A DNA stretch of 64,000 nt, taken from positions 96,001 through 160,000 of the forward strand of contig JBEKHN010000002.1 of the NCBI GenBank assembly GCA_050012255.1, read 5' to 3'. Positions 46,445 through 57,430 of this stretch are shown here, in pieces. Positions within the stretch are counted from its first letter, which is position 1, and each line of letters opens with the position of its first letter. The notes beneath the pieces were generated by a model. It did no database searches and was not told the origin of the DNA. It worked only from the letters and a program-made list of their open reading frames with translations. A program made the translations under genes and the position numbers. This stretch comes from Candidatus Bathyarchaeia archaeon (GTDB taxonomy: Archaea; Thermoproteota; Bathyarchaeia; Bathyarchaeales; Bathycorpusculaceae).

Positions 46445-47950
46445 CTAGGCTCTAGGAACAGCTTCTTCCATTTCGTACAGTCTTTCTGTCTCTTCAAAAC
46501 CCTGCGAGAACCGTTTCTTCATCTCATCGGCTATTGCTTGAGCTAGCGGTGTTGGATATTTGCCTGTTATGCATCCCGTGCACAACTCGTCCTGCTTAAA
46601 CCCCGTTGCTTGTACCAAGCCTTCGAGTGACTGGTAGCACACGGCGTCTGCTCCTATGATCTTTGAGATTTCTTCCGTGCTGTGTTTTGAGCCTATGAGT
46701 TGGCCATATGTTGCCATGTCTATTCCGTACAGACATGGTCCGATTATCCGTGGAAAAGTAACGAAAACATACACTTTCTCGGCGCCCATCCTGCGCAATT
46801 TGTCAACTATGACCTTTGTCGTGTCCCCTCTGACGATGCTGTCTTCGGTTACTATGATGCGTTTTCCATCGATTTTGGGCCCAAGGATGTTGATTTTCCT
46901 CTCTATCGTTGGGCTTCGGTCCTTGCTAAGCAGGATGAAGGCTCTCTCGGTTACGTAGCGGTGTCTTCGTGAAGCCCTTTCCCACCTCAACCCAGAAGCT
47001 TCGTGAACGCCGAGGGCCGAGTCGTCGCCTGTTTCAGGCACGGAAAGAATTATATCCGCGTCCTTGACCACCGTCGGATTCTCTCTCACCAGGTTTCTTC
47101 CAAATTCTTCACGAATTTCATAGACGTACTTGCTGTCAAACCGTGAGTCTGGCCTTGCAAAGTATGCGAATTCAAAGGCGCAGAAAGCCTTTCCTTTCCC
47201 GTTTACGAGCTTCTGTCTTTCAAACCCTTTGTTTGAAACCGTGACGAGCTCTCCTGGCTGGAGCTCGAAATCTCTTACGAAACCGTTTATGTCTAAACTG
47301 GCGGTTTCAGACGAGAATGCATACGTTGAGTGGTCTTCGCTGTGGCCTGCGCACAACGGCCTTATTCCATGCGGGTCCTTGAAGGCGACGAGATTGCCGT
47401 TTTGGTCCATGCACGCCACAGAAAAGGCTCCGTCGATTTCTTCCATACATGTCCCAACGGCGGACGTTAGATCCTTTCCTTTCAAGAGTTCGATTAGCAG
47501 TTTGTAACAGATCAAATCTGCGTCACATTCATAGGCAAACTGTGGAAACTCCTTGCGTATCTCTTTCCGAAGCTCGAACGTGTTGACCACGTTGCCGTTG
47601 TATGAAACGGCGAGCCCATGACCTTGTCTTGAAGCCGTCACTGGTTGCGTTCCTTCCACGAGCGATTTCTCGTCGCATTTTCCAGACGTTGTGTACCTTA
47701 CGTTTCCAATGCCGACATTTCCAGGCAACCGGCCAAACCATTCTTGAATTGCGCTCGTTCTAATCTTCGGCACGAGGTCGAGGCTTCTGTGAACGTGGAA
47801 CTTCCCATCAAGATACGTGAGGAAACCGTGAGACTGATGTCCCCTGTGGTTTTCAGCCCGCAAACCCCAATAAATGTATTGAAACACTGGCCGCTTATCG
47901 TAGTTTACTGCTGCAAACACTCCACATGCGATCTTCGGCTGGTCTCCCAT
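46445..47950 (-). CDS. purF: Amidophosphoribosyltransferase
   Basis: Propeptide + CGVF, HRG, RYTTSG, DPHGIRPLC, EDSIVRGDT, YGIDM, CTGCITGKYP. Confidence 0.96.
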   Translation of the reverse strand: MGDQPKIACGVFAAVNYDKRPVFQYIYWGLRAENHRGHQSHGFLTYLDGKFHVHRSLDLVPKIRTSAIQEWFGRLPGNVGIGNVRYTTSGKCDEKSLVEGTQPVTASRQGHGLAVSYNGNVVNTFELRKEIRKEFPQFAYECDADLICYKLLIELLKGKDLTSAVGTCMEEIDGAFSVACMDQNGNLVAFKDPHGIRPLCAGHSEDHSTYAFSSETASLDINGFVRDFELQPGELVTVSNKGFERQKLVNGKGKAFCAFEFAYFARPDSRFDSKYVYEIREEFGRNLVRENPTVVKDADIILSVPETGDDSALGVHEASGLRWERASRRHRYVTERAFILLSKDRSPTIERKINILGPKIDGKRIIVTEDSIVRGDTTKVIVDKLRRMGAEKVYVFVTFPRIIGPCLYGIDMATYGQLIGSKHSTEEISKIIGADAVCYQSLEGLVQATGFKQDELCTGCITGKYPTPLAQAIADEMKKRFSQGFEETERLYEMEEAVPRA

Positions 47951-48045
47951 GACTGGGCAGTAAGGGAACCGCTATTTATCAGTTTTGAGCACATTTTTAA
48001 CTAAAAACCATGTCGCCTTTTACAAAAACAATGCCAAAGGAAGTC

Positions 48046-49365
48046 TCATGGGGTCAGTCTGAACTTGTCTCGAGGATAAAGTGTGGCTTCTCTGATGTTC
48101 TTCTTACCTGTTAACATCATCGTCAGCCTTTCCAGACCTATTGCCCAACCTGCATGCGGCGGCATTCCATAATCAAAAGCTTGCAGGTGGTGCTTGAAGG
48201 CTCCTGGGCTCAGACCCTTCTCTCTAAGCCGTTTCATGAGCAGGTCTTTTGAGGCTATTCTCGCACCGCCTGAAACGAGCTCCAACCAGCGCCACATCAG
48301 GTCGAAGCCTTCAGAGATTTCGGGGTTGTCGTCACGCGGCTTCGTGTAGAAGGCTCTTGTCCCTGTTGGCCAGTCAACTATGAAGTAGAAGTACGGATGA
48401 AGCTTGCCCAGCTTCCTATAGGCCGGTGTCGGTATGTCCTCTCCCCATGGAATCTCCATGCCTTCTCGTTTCAGTTCTTCGAGAACTTCAGAGTATCTTA
48501 ATCGTTTGAAAGGAACGTCCGGCACCTTCAAGCTGTGTTTCATCGTATGCAATTCCCTCTGACATTTTTCAGCGACGGTCCTGCAAACGTGCCGCATGAG
48601 TTGCTCAAGTATCTGCATTACATCTTCAGCTGTTGCGAAAGCCTGTTCGATGTCTATCGACACAAACTCGCTCAGGTGGCTCCGAGTATGCGACTCTTCA
48701 GCTCTGAAAAAGGGTCCGATCTCGAAGACTTTTTCCAAGCTCATGACAAGCTCTTCTTTGTACAACTGCGGGCTTTGAGCGAGGTACGCTTTTCTGTCAA
48801 AGTAGTCAAGCTGAAAGAGTGCAGAGCCTCCTTCTGTCGATGAGGCAATTATGCGAGGCGTGTGCACCTCTATGAAACCTCTTTCGAACAGGAAGCCTCT
48901 GATTGCTTCTACCGCGGTGTGTTGAACCTTGAAGGCTGCAATGTTTTTTTCTCGGCACAGGTCCAGTGCTCGTGCTTCCAAGCAAGTTTCGATATTTGCT
49001 GGGGTCTTGCCACAAATGTCTATTGGCAACTCTCGCGTGGCCGTGCCCAGAATCTTGATGTCCTTCGGTAGGACTTCGACGCCTCTTTGCGTCATGTTAG
49101 TCTTCTTCACTGTTCCTTTCACGGCTACGCTGTAGCGCCTCTGCAGTCCGTCGGACTTCGATATGACTTCGCTGGGGGCCTTCTTCCGAAGGATGGTGAC
49201 TTGAATCGTGCCTTCCCTGTCCTGCAATATTATGAAGCGAATTCCGCCCAAGTCTCTTATTTCCTGGACCCAACCGAAGAGGGTAACCTCTTGGCCATCG
49301 AGGTCAGGTTTAACGTCAGCAGAATAGTGTGTTCTGCGCCAATCATCAATGGAATCTAGTTTCAT
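48046..49365 (-). CDS. aspS: Aspartyl-tRNA synthetase (archaeal type)
   Basis: OB fold GWV.EIRDLG, LAQSPQLYK, FRAEESHT..HL.EF, GMPPHAG..IGLERL, PRD..RL.P. Confidence 0.95.
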   Translation of the reverse strand: MKLDSIDDWRRTHYSADVKPDLDGQEVTLFGWVQEIRDLGGIRFIILQDREGTIQVTILRKKAPSEVISKSDGLQRRYSVAVKGTVKKTNMTQRGVEVLPKDIKILGTATRELPIDICGKTPANIETCLEARALDLCREKNIAAFKVQHTAVEAIRGFLFERGFIEVHTPRIIASSTEGGSALFQLDYFDRKAYLAQSPQLYKEELVMSLEKVFEIGPFFRAEESHTRSHLSEFVSIDIEQAFATAEDVMQILEQLMRHVCRTVAEKCQRELHTMKHSLKVPDVPFKRLRYSEVLEELKREGMEIPWGEDIPTPAYRKLGKLHPYFYFIVDWPTGTRAFYTKPRDDNPEISEGFDLMWRWLELVSGGARIASKDLLMKRLREKGLSPGAFKHHLQAFDYGMPPHAGWAIGLERLTMMLTGKKNIREATLYPRDKFRLTP

Positions 49366-49386
49366 GAGAGCCCTTCACCGTGCTGC

Positions 49387-49896
49387 CTAGTCCGCAAACT
49401 CTACTCGCAACGTTATGTTGCGAACTCTACTGGCGATCTCCTTTAAAGCCTTTACATCAAAAGACGGGTGTGTCACACGTCTTCTTCGCAGAATAACTCG
49501 AGTTTCCATGCTTCCGTCTGGCAACCATATCGTGTTAATCGTCATTATGCTGATGGGGGCAAAAAGGTCTTCCAGAAATTTTCTGTCATCGACGCCGTAC
49601 TCTAAAACACGAATGTTCTTGCCTGTCTCGTCGCCTATTGCTCTGACGATCTTCCCTCCGTAACCCAAGAGGCGTGGGACATCTCCGGGGCCAACGACTA
49701 TGGCCAAGGTGCCGTCGGCATCGATTGCCTTGTGAAAGTATAAGTTTTGAAGAGAGGGGTACTTTTCCTCTAACGACATCAGTATACGGGCGATTTTCAG
49801 GTCAAGCTCGCTTATTTCTCCAGACTTTACTTTAGCTAAACACTTTTGGCACAGCATACCACTCTTTAGACAGAAGCTGCAAAGCCCCATCTTCAA
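49387..49896 (-). CDS. NusA-like KH-domain protein with N-terminal Cys cluster
   Basis: C..C.....LC..C; LLGYGGKIVRAI KH motif. Confidence 0.7.
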   Translation of the reverse strand: MKMGLCSFCLKSGMLCQKCLAKVKSGEISELDLKIARILMSLEEKYPSLQNLYFHKAIDADGTLAIVVGPGDVPRLLGYGGKIVRAIGDETGKNIRVLEYGVDDRKFLEDLFAPISIMTINTIWLPDGSMETRVILRRRRVTHPSFDVKALKEIASRVRNITLRVEFAD

Positions 49897-49962
49897 CTAC
49901 AAAATCGCCCTCCGCGAACAAAGGAGGGGCGGCGGAGCATTGAGACTAGCGAGAAACGATTC

Positions 49963-50241
49963 TTAGCGTTCAAGCGAGATCTCGATTGTGCTCACGTTTG
50001 AAGGCGAGCCACCCTCTTCTCTGGGTGCCATCTGCTGTGTTCCAATGCCAACATTTTTGACTTTTACGTCTGGCAGGAATCTGTGTCTGACGACTTCGAC
50101 GACGTCGACTGCTCGACTTATTGATCTCCCTCGTGCCTTGACGTTCACTTCCTTCGCTCCGCCGTGAAAGAGGGTTATGCATGCCAGTACATAGTTCATT
50201 ACTGGCTTGTTTCCGATCAGCACTGCGTTGCTTTCAGACAT
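49963..50241 (-). CDS. albA: DNA/RNA-binding protein Alba
   Basis: [34 protein letters not shown]. Confidence 0.96.
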   Translation of the reverse strand: MSESNAVLIGNKPVMNYVLACITLFHGGAKEVNVKARGRSISRAVDVVEVVRHRFLPDVKVKNVGIGTQQMAPREEGGSPSNVSTIEISLER

Positions 50242-50454
50242 TTTGTACCGCCCTACTCCTAGTTTTCATTTTTTCTGTAGGCTCGATAACCTTCCTTCTC
50301 GGCAGATAAATACATTACGGTTTCAATTCGCAGTTGACAAAACGTCAAATCCCATCGCATTTGATCCAATTTGCCTCTGTCTTGCTAAAAACTTAAAAGA
50401 GAGCTACTATTGTAAAACTCTAACTTAACAAACTACAACGATGAGGAACAGTGT

Positions 50455-50913
50455 TTGGAAGCGCTGACAAGACGGTCAATGCAGCTACTTCGAATGCTCT
50501 ACGAAAGAGGCGAGTCCACAAGCACCTATACGCTTCGCTTGAAGCAAGATGAACTGGCAAAACAGCTCGGCATAAGCAGGCAGGCCTTGAACGTTCATCT
50601 GAGAAAACTCAGGGATCTACGCTACATACGTACGGGCAGAGGCTTCATAGACGTGACAGACCGGGGATTAAGCGCGCTTGGAATATCCTCAACGCCCGCC
50701 TTCATACTGATCAAGGTTTCACCGCTCAAAAGGAGTTACGTGTACGAGAAAGTCAAGGAACTTGCCGTTCAAAGAGCGTTTAGAATCGCAGGAGACGTTG
50801 ACGCACTTGCCGTGGTTGACAGGGAGAAGCTTGATGAAGTATTGAAAAAGCTGTCTTCTGTTGACGGTGTACAGGACACAAAGTCCTACGTCACGATAGA
50901 AGCCATAAGATGA
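50455..50913 (+). CDS. Lrp/AsnC-type transcriptional regulator
   Basis: QDELAKQLGISRQALNVHLRKL HTH + RIAGDVD...VDGVQDTKS RAM domain. Confidence 0.8.
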   Translation: MEALTRRSMQLLRMLYERGESTSTYTLRLKQDELAKQLGISRQALNVHLRKLRDLRYIRTGRGFIDVTDRGLSALGISSTPAFILIKVSPLKRSYVYEKVKELAVQRAFRIAGDVDALAVVDREKLDEVLKKLSSVDGVQDTKSYVTIEAIR

Positions 50914-50925
50914 GGGGGGCGAGGG

Positions 50926-52062
50926 TTGAAGCTTTATGAGTATGAAGCAAAAACCATTCTTGGGAAACACGGCATCACAACGCCTCAGGGCGGATTGGCG
51001 ACGAGTGCGGACCAGGCTCGCGAAGTCGCCGCTAAGCTCAGGCTGCCAGTCGTGGTTAAGGCTCAAGTGTTAGTCGCTGGAAGAGGAAAGGCAGGCGGCA
51101 TACTTTTTGTCCAGTCGGTTGAGGAGGCTGAAAGAGCAGCAGAAAAGCTGCTGAGCATGAAGATAAAGGAGATACCTGTCAAAAGCGTCTGGGTCGAGGA
51201 GAAAATTCAGGTTAAGAAAGAGCTTTACTTTGGCATAACAACTGACAGACTTAACCGATGCTACGTTGCTGTGGCTTCTTCACTGGGCGGCGTGGACATC
51301 GAGGAAGTAGCTTCGAAAACCCCTGAAAAAGTGGTGAAAACCTCCATAAACCCCCAGCTCGGTCTCCGCTCCTTTCAAACCAAAGAAATTGCAACGAAGA
51401 TGGGTTACAGGGGCAACCAGATATCTGACTTGGGAAAAACCCTCGAAAGACTTTACGCTGCTGGGTTGGAAAATGACGCTGAATTGATTGAGATGAACCC
51501 CTTGACGGAGACTGCGGAAGGGAATTTTGTGGCGGCGGACGCAAGGATCATCGTCGATGACAACGCATTGTTCAGGCATCAAGATTACAAGAAGAGGCTT
51601 CTGGAAGGCGAAAGCGACCTTAGTCCACAGGAGACGGAAGCCATGAACAACGATCTGGCGTACGTTAGACTGGAAGGCAACATAGGCGTGATCGGCAACG
51701 GAGCAGGCCTCGTGATGGCGACACTGGACACGATCCAGTACTACGGGGGAAAACCAGCCAACTTCTTAGATGTCGGAGGCGGAGCGCCATCAGAAAAAAC
51801 GGCCCTGGCGCTGAAAATAGTGTTGTCTGATCCGCGGGTTAAGACACTCTTCATAAACATCCTAGGCGGGATCACGCGCTGTGACGAAGTTGCACGAGGC
51901 ATACTTGAGGCGAAAGAGAAGGTCGGAGTAACCACGCCCATGGTGATCAGACTCGTAGGCACAAACGACGCGGAGGGCAAGCGAATACTGAAAGAGGCCG
52001 GGATCCACGTGCTAGAAAGCATGGAAGAGGCCGCTCGGCGAGTCGTTGAAATGTCCAAGTAG
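50926..52062 (+). CDS. sucC: Succinyl-CoA ligase beta subunit
   Basis: [43 protein letters not shown]. Confidence 0.96.
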   Translation: MKLYEYEAKTILGKHGITTPQGGLATSADQAREVAAKLRLPVVVKAQVLVAGRGKAGGILFVQSVEEAERAAEKLLSMKIKEIPVKSVWVEEKIQVKKELYFGITTDRLNRCYVAVASSLGGVDIEEVASKTPEKVVKTSINPQLGLRSFQTKEIATKMGYRGNQISDLGKTLERLYAAGLENDAELIEMNPLTETAEGNFVAADARIIVDDNALFRHQDYKKRLLEGESDLSPQETEAMNNDLAYVRLEGNIGVIGNGAGLVMATLDTIQYYGGKPANFLDVGGGAPSEKTALALKIVLSDPRVKTLFINILGGITRCDEVARGILEAKEKVGVTTPMVIRLVGTNDAEGKRILKEAGIHVLESMEEAARRVVEMSK

Positions 52063-52076
52063 GGAGGCAACTGGCT

Positions 52077-52958
52077 TTGGCAATCATAATTGGCAAGAAC
52101 ACACGGGCAATCGTTCAAGGCATAACCGGATCTCAAGGAAGTTTCCACACTAAGCTCATGATCGACTGTGGAACAAGAATAGTTGCTGGCACCTCGCCTG
52201 GGAAGGGAGGATTGGAAGTGCACGGCGTTCCAGTCTACGATACCGTTGAGGAAGCCCAGGAAAAACGTCGTGCCAATGCTTCGATAATTTTTGTGCCGGC
52301 GCCGTTTGCAGCAGACGCAGCGCTTGAAGCGCTTGACAACGGTTTAAGAACGGTCGTGATAATTACCGAACACATCCCGATAAGAGACGCTATCGAAGTC
52401 ATGGCCTATGCGAGTCAGAAGAAGGCTAGGATAATTGGTCCAAACACTCCTGGCATAATAACGCCTGGAGCCTGCAAGCTCGGCATCATGCCTTCACACA
52501 TCTTCACGTCTGGCGGCGTGGGCATGGTTTCTAGGAGCGGCACCCTCACTTATGAGATAGCTGCCGGTTTGACGAGGAAAGGCTTAGGTCAGTCGACGTG
52601 TCTCGGTGTTGGGGGAGACTCGATAACAGGGCTAAATTTCACAGACGCCCTGAAGATGTTCGGGAAGGACCCTGAAACAAGAGCTGTGGTTTTGATAGGT
52701 GAGATCGGCGGCAACCTTGAAGAGCTGGCGGCAAGTTACATTGCGACGGAGAAATACCCGAAACCCGTTGTAGCATTCGTTGCTGGTCGTTCGGCTCCGC
52801 CGGGAAAACGCATGGGCCATGCAGGTGCGATAGTTATGGGCAGAGCAGGAACAGCTGAAAGCAAGATTGAAGCTTTCAAGGAAGCCGGCGTTGCAGTCGC
52901 TGAGAAACCAGGTGACGTACCTGAACTGTTGGCAAAAAAGGTTGACATCAAAGAGTAG
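52077..52958 (+). CDS. sucD: Succinyl-CoA ligase alpha subunit
   Basis: [31 protein letters not shown]. Confidence 0.96.
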   Translation: MAIIIGKNTRAIVQGITGSQGSFHTKLMIDCGTRIVAGTSPGKGGLEVHGVPVYDTVEEAQEKRRANASIIFVPAPFAADAALEALDNGLRTVVIITEHIPIRDAIEVMAYASQKKARIIGPNTPGIITPGACKLGIMPSHIFTSGGVGMVSRSGTLTYEIAAGLTRKGLGQSTCLGVGGDSITGLNFTDALKMFGKDPETRAVVLIGEIGGNLEELAASYIATEKYPKPVVAFVAGRSAPPGKRMGHAGAIVMGRAGTAESKIEAFKEAGVAVAEKPGDVPELLAKKVDIKE

Positions 52959-53038
52959 CCAATGTTGCCGCGGAGAACAAAAAGTATATTTGACACTGAA
53001 CCGTGTGAGTGTTAACCTCCGAAAAGTGGGACAAGAAA

Positions 53039-53200
53039 ATGCCAATATTGGATCCGCTGAAGAAGGCACTGGCTCAGAAGCACAGGCTGTACATGAAAAT
53101 ATGCCGCGAATGCGGTGCAAGGAACGCTGCGACCGCGACAAAGTGTAGAAAGTGTCATGCAAAGAACCTGCGGTGGAAGAAAAGAGAAATCGTGAAGTAG
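53039..53200 (+). CDS. rpl40e: 50S ribosomal protein L40e
   Basis: KICRECGARN...ATKCRKC....LRWKK. Confidence 0.93.
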   Translation: MPILDPLKKALAQKHRLYMKICRECGARNAATATKCRKCHAKNLRWKKREIVK

Positions 53201-53222
53201 TCTTCGCCTGTATTCTGTTTTC

Positions 53223-53837
53223 TTACAGAACGTTGAACAGTGTTTCAATGTTAAAAACCGTGTTGGCGCATCCATTTTTTATCAGTGGAACGTGCTGGCC
53301 AACGACGTTCATGGCTTTCAACATGTCTCCTCCGAGTCTCACTTCTTCGCCGCAGGCGACTCCGACGACGCCTTCATACCGCTTGGCCTTTAGAATCTTT
53401 GGGATGCAAGAACCGCCTGGCAGGATGTAAACGTCATAGCCTTTCTTCTGGCCGAAGAGCACCGCTCTTCCTATGGGGCAGTCTGGTGAGCAGTGGGCGC
53501 ATACGTAAGATGGGATGCTCGGGTCGAAGGACGCCCTGCATCTGTTGTCCATGAACTTCCTGGAGCAGTGAGGCAGGAACAAGGCTCTCCTTTTTGTTTG
53601 GACGAATTTTTCTCTTTCAATGAGGTTTCTTGCTTGTGTATCCATCAGGTCTTCTAGAAGGGTTACAGCGTCGTACAAGTTGAGGCCTGTTGCCTCTTCT
53701 ATCTTGAATTTTCTTATGATCTCTTGTGCCGTTTTGCTAACCTGTTTATGCATGCCCTTTTGATAGCTGGCCTTAGCTATCTCAGTGAAGAAGAAGCGCG
53801 GGATTTTTGAGAGATCAAACGTGAACTTGTATGGCAT
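53223..53837 (-). CDS. DUF116 domain protein
   Basis: LFLPHC, C..C...C.IG, YILPGGS, VGVAC, GCANT. Confidence 0.8.
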   Translation of the reverse strand: MPYKFTFDLSKIPRFFFTEIAKASYQKGMHKQVSKTAQEIIRKFKIEEATGLNLYDAVTLLEDLMDTQARNLIEREKFVQTKRRALFLPHCSRKFMDNRCRASFDPSIPSYVCAHCSPDCPIGRAVLFGQKKGYDVYILPGGSCIPKILKAKRYEGVVGVACGEEVRLGGDMLKAMNVVGQHVPLIKNGCANTVFNIETLFNVL

Positions 53838-53920
53838 ACCCTAGCTTGTGGACAGACAAACCTTTAAGATTAACTATTGTATACTAGTCCAAAATTGAAG
53901 ATATTCAAAGCTGCGGAGGT

Positions 53921-54319
53921 TTGGCGTTGCAAAGGTTAAGAAGAAGAAGAGAAGAAAAGAAATCGGATGTTGAACGTGAGGGGGAGGTTTCGGAACTTGA
54001 ACAGCTTGCTGGGAACGACAGGGAAACCTACGAAGCATTGTGTGCAACGATGTTTCTCGACCCTAGGAAGATCGAGACTTCTTTGAAGCAGGCTGCTGAC
54101 AACGCTAAGAAGAGTGAAAAAGACGGGGATATGGCAAGGGCTGGGATGTGGTATGAGGTCGCTGGGGGGCTAGCGATCTACGAGGGAAACGTGAAGAAAG
54201 TCATCGAGCATTACGCTGATGCAGGAAGAGTCACAGGTCGACAATACGTGATATTGAAAAACCCTGAAAAAGCGGTGGCCGTTGCGCAAGAATATTACAA
54301 GAAGGTCCTGTTGGCTTAG
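53921..54319 (+). CDS. Hypothetical helical protein
   Basis: GGAGG RBS before TTG; coding-like composition; no family recognised. Confidence 0.6.
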   Translation: MALQRLRRRREEKKSDVEREGEVSELEQLAGNDRETYEALCATMFLDPRKIETSLKQAADNAKKSEKDGDMARAGMWYEVAGGLAIYEGNVKKVIEHYADAGRVTGRQYVILKNPEKAVAVAQEYYKKVLLA

Positions 54320-54368
54320 CCGCAGAAATATCTGGTCTTCAAGTCAAAAACCGTGAGTAGCGGTTTTT

Positions 54369-54794
54369 CTATTTTTCTTCTTCAGTATATCCCAAAAGGT
54401 CTCTAAGAGATCTCACTTCTTCTCTGAGCACACTCACTTCGCTTTCAAGGGCGTCCGCTCTAGACTCTGCAACTTTTCTCAAGTTTTCGATCTCGACCAT
54501 GAGGTTTGCCCGTTCTGTTTCCAGAGTTTTTATCTTCTCGCGGAGATTCGTGAGCGTCTGCATGAGTTCTTCCTTGATGCCCTTAATTCTTCCTACCATA
54601 TTTTTAATACTTGCTGTCTGTTGAATTTTCGTTTCATGTTCAACGGCCGATCTGAACCTAGCCTTGCAACTGGGACATTCGAATATGGCAGCAAGCTTGA
54701 CTTCTTCACCTTTTTTCAAGGGCTTACGAGAGGGAATCGGCCAAGTCTTGACAGGCGCGGCCACTTCGCAGCCGCATTTTGGACAGTTGACCAA
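54369..54794 (-). CDS. Cren7-like / zinc-ribbon N-terminal domain fused to a coiled coil
   Basis: CPKC...PVKTW...IFECPSC.ARFR followed by about 80 aa of heptad repeats. Confidence 0.55.
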   Translation of the reverse strand: MVNCPKCGCEVAAPVKTWPIPSRKPLKKGEEVKLAAIFECPSCKARFRSAVEHETKIQQTASIKNMVGRIKGIKEELMQTLTNLREKIKTLETERANLMVEIENLRKVAESRADALESEVSVLREEVRSLRDLLGYTEEEK

Positions 54795-54895
54795 GCAGAT
54801 TCCTCGTGTGATTTATGGCGTGCTGCGTCTAAAATCTGTTTTGCAGAAAAGCATGGAACGCGCTGTTGACGTTAAGAAAAAAGGGAGGGAGTGTG

Positions 54896-55870
54896 TTAGA
54901 TGGTCATGTGGAACATTAGCCTTTCAACAAGCTCTTTGTACCTGTTTCGAATGGTGACCTCGGTTACCTGCGCTATCTCGGCTATTTCTCTCTGTGTTTT
55001 TCTTTCGCCGGTCAGTACAGAGGCAATGTAACTTGCTGCTGCTGCGATGCCCGTGGGGCCTCGGCCTGAGGTCAGTTTGAGTTCTTTTGCTGCTCCTAGG
55101 ATTTTGTGGGCGATCTCTTCGACCTTTCCTTGCATCGTTAGTTGATTTGAGAACTTTGTGATGTACTGGCTTGGTCTCACGGGCGGTATCGAATAGTTCA
55201 GTTCCTTGATTAGAAAGCGGTAGCTCCGTCCGACTTCCTTCTTGTTCACACTCGAAGCTTGTGCTATCTCCTCCAATGTTCTAGCCAGTGCACACTGTCT
55301 GCAGGCCAGATAGATTGCTGCTGCTGTTACGCCTTGAATGGACCTTCCTCTTATGAGCCTCTCTTTGACGGCCTTTCTGTAGATGACCGAAGCTGTTTCA
55401 AGAATGCTCTTGGGAAGGTTCAGGTTGTTGGCAATCTTTGTGATTTCGGACAATGCGAAAGCAAGGTTGCGTTCCGTCGCGTCTGAAACCCTTATGCGAC
55501 GCTGCCATTTTCTGAGCCTGTAAACCTGTGCCTTCTGTCCTGGCGATAGGCTTTTCCCATAAACGTCTCTGTCGTGCCAATCAATCATCGTTGACAAGCC
55601 TTTGTCGTGAATAGTGTAGGTCAACGGTGCGCCTACCCTCGTTCTCTTGGCTCTTTGTTCATCGTCGAAAGCTCTCCACTCTGGTCCTCTGTCAGTTATC
55701 TTCGCAGCCAGGACGAAACCGCAGTTCATACAAACGATTTCTGCACATTCATAATCGCGCATGAGCCTTGCGCTGTGGCATTCCGGACAGGTCTGGATCT
55801 TTACGTGCTCAGGGTTCTGCGGCGATGCGGATGAATCTGGGTTTGCCTGAGCTTCGTCGCTTTCATCCAT
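54896..55870 (-). CDS. tfb: Transcription initiation factor IIB
   Basis: CPEC zinc ribbon, [15 protein letters not shown], two cyclin folds, [13 protein letters not shown]. Confidence 0.98.
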   Translation of the reverse strand: MDESDEAQANPDSSASPQNPEHVKIQTCPECHSARLMRDYECAEIVCMNCGFVLAAKITDRGPEWRAFDDEQRAKRTRVGAPLTYTIHDKGLSTMIDWHDRDVYGKSLSPGQKAQVYRLRKWQRRIRVSDATERNLAFALSEITKIANNLNLPKSILETASVIYRKAVKERLIRGRSIQGVTAAAIYLACRQCALARTLEEIAQASSVNKKEVGRSYRFLIKELNYSIPPVRPSQYITKFSNQLTMQGKVEEIAHKILGAAKELKLTSGRGPTGIAAAASYIASVLTGERKTQREIAEIAQVTEVTIRNRYKELVERLMFHMTI

Positions 55871-56120
55871 ACTTGTTTTTCTCCTTTCTCCTCCTTGAGG
55901 GGATTACGTAGACTGGTTTGTTGACTAATCTTTCAAGACCATGCATGGTGGGTCTTATTGCCACGTAAGGCGAGGACACTGGACCAAGTATGTCAAAAAC
56001 CTTTCCGACGGGTTTTAGGTTTTCATCGACGACTGTTTCGCCAATCCTCGGAATGTTTTCAACCTTCGTTATCATGTTCCGACTTGGGCTTATGTGAAGG
56101 ATTAGGCCTAGTCTCTGCAA
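55863..56120 (-). CDS. gar1: H/ACA RNP protein Gar1/Naf1
   Basis: [29 protein letters not shown]; adjacent to tfb. Confidence 0.88.
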   Translation of the reverse strand: MQRLGLILHISPSRNMITKVENIPRIGETVVDENLKPVGKVFDILGPVSSPYVAIRPTMHGLERLVNKPVYVIPSRRRKEKNKYG

Positions 56121-56511
56121 ATTTTAGTTTCCCCTCACGAAAAGCAAAATGCTTCAGCCAAGCAGCCTATTTAAACTTTTCTACGTTTAAATTTTAGGAA
56201 CGCGGTCATTTTCTAAAAACTGGCCTGCAACAGCCGATTTTAACCTTGATTATGATCGAGATCTGGCAGAAATTTGACTTGCGCGTTCTAAATGTCAGCT
56301 TTTCATTGTCCAAGCGCGTGATTTGCGTGAAAACTTCTGAAGGGAAAGACTTGTTCGTCTATTGGTACGGCAAAACACTTTTTCTCGGCGCAAGGTGCCG
56401 GACTGGGTCGAGGCTTATCATGAAAACACGTAGCAAAAGGTTACTTTGAGAGGTCGAAACCTTCATAAATAAGGACTGTTGATTAGACTGTGCATTTGAA
56501 GGGTGAGGCTT

Positions 56512-56892
56512 ATGTCCAAACCGTTTTATGTGAAGTTCGAGGTTTCGAAGGAACTTGCAGATGCGGCCTATGAAGCCCTGCAAATAGCCGCAAAAACAGG
56601 CGCTGTGAGGAAAGGCACGAACGAAACGACGAAGGCTATTGAAAGAGCTCAGGCCAAGCTTGTGGTTGTGGCAGAGGATGTACAGCCGCCAGAGGTTGTC
56701 GCGCACTTGCCTCTTCTGTGCGAGGAAAGGAAGATTCCTTACATCTTCGTCCCGAGCAAGGAGAAGATAGGCAGCGCGATAGGCATTGATGTTCCTGCTG
56801 GGGCCGCAAGCATCGTCAAAGAAGGAGACGCCACGGGACTGGTCAAGGAGATAGTTGAAAGAATCGAGCAGGCCAAAAGAGGAGCAAAGTGA
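56512..56892 (+). CDS. rpl7ae: 50S ribosomal protein L7Ae
   Basis: [37 protein letters not shown]. Confidence 0.97.
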   Translation: MSKPFYVKFEVSKELADAAYEALQIAAKTGAVRKGTNETTKAIERAQAKLVVVAEDVQPPEVVAHLPLLCEERKIPYIFVPSKEKIGSAIGIDVPAGAASIVKEGDATGLVKEIVERIEQAKRGAK

Positions 56893-57122
56893 TGAGCAGA
56901 GAGGCAAGAGAGACTGAGCATATACAGCTTACCCCGGCCGAGGTAATTCAAGTCATCGGGCGCACAGGTGTGACGGGTGAAATCGCTCAGGTCAGAATAC
57001 GAATTCTCGAAGGAAAAGACAAAGGGCGCATCATAACGCGCAACGTTAAAGGACCAGTTCGGGTTCAAGACGTTCTCATGCTCAGAGAAACTGAGAGGGA
57101 AGCAAAGAAGATCAGTAGATAA
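56889..57122 (+). CDS. rps28e: 30S ribosomal protein S28e
   Basis: [35 protein letters not shown]. Confidence 0.96.
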   Translation: MMSREARETEHIQLTPAEVIQVIGRTGVTGEIAQVRIRILEGKDKGRIITRNVKGPVRVQDVLMLRETEREAKKISR

Positions 57123-57144
57123 ATTCGAATCAGAATCGCAGGGG

Positions 57145-57351
57145 ATGCCCATCATGCCGAGACCTAGGAAATGCTCATTCTGCGGTAACGATTTCCCAGC
57201 GGGCACGGGCATGATGTACGTCAAGAACGACGGGTCAGTCTTGTGGTTCTGCTCAAGCAAATGCAGAAAGAGCTCCTTGATGTTTGGAAGAGACGCGCGA
57301 AAGCTCAAATGGACAGCATACTTCGGGAAGGAAGAAAAAGGAAAAGCCTAG
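57145..57351 (+). CDS. rpl24e: 50S ribosomal protein L24e
   Basis: CSFCG....[11 protein letters not shown]....FCSSKC...R..RKLKWT. Confidence 0.96.
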   Translation: MPIMPRPRKCSFCGNDFPAGTGMMYVKNDGSVLWFCSSKCRKSSLMFGRDARKLKWTAYFGKEEKGKA

Positions 57352-57430
57352 AATTCCATTCGTAAAGAAGACGCACTAACCTTTCAGCTTCAACTGTCTT
57401 TTTCGGACGAGAATCCTGAACTGGCTTGTT

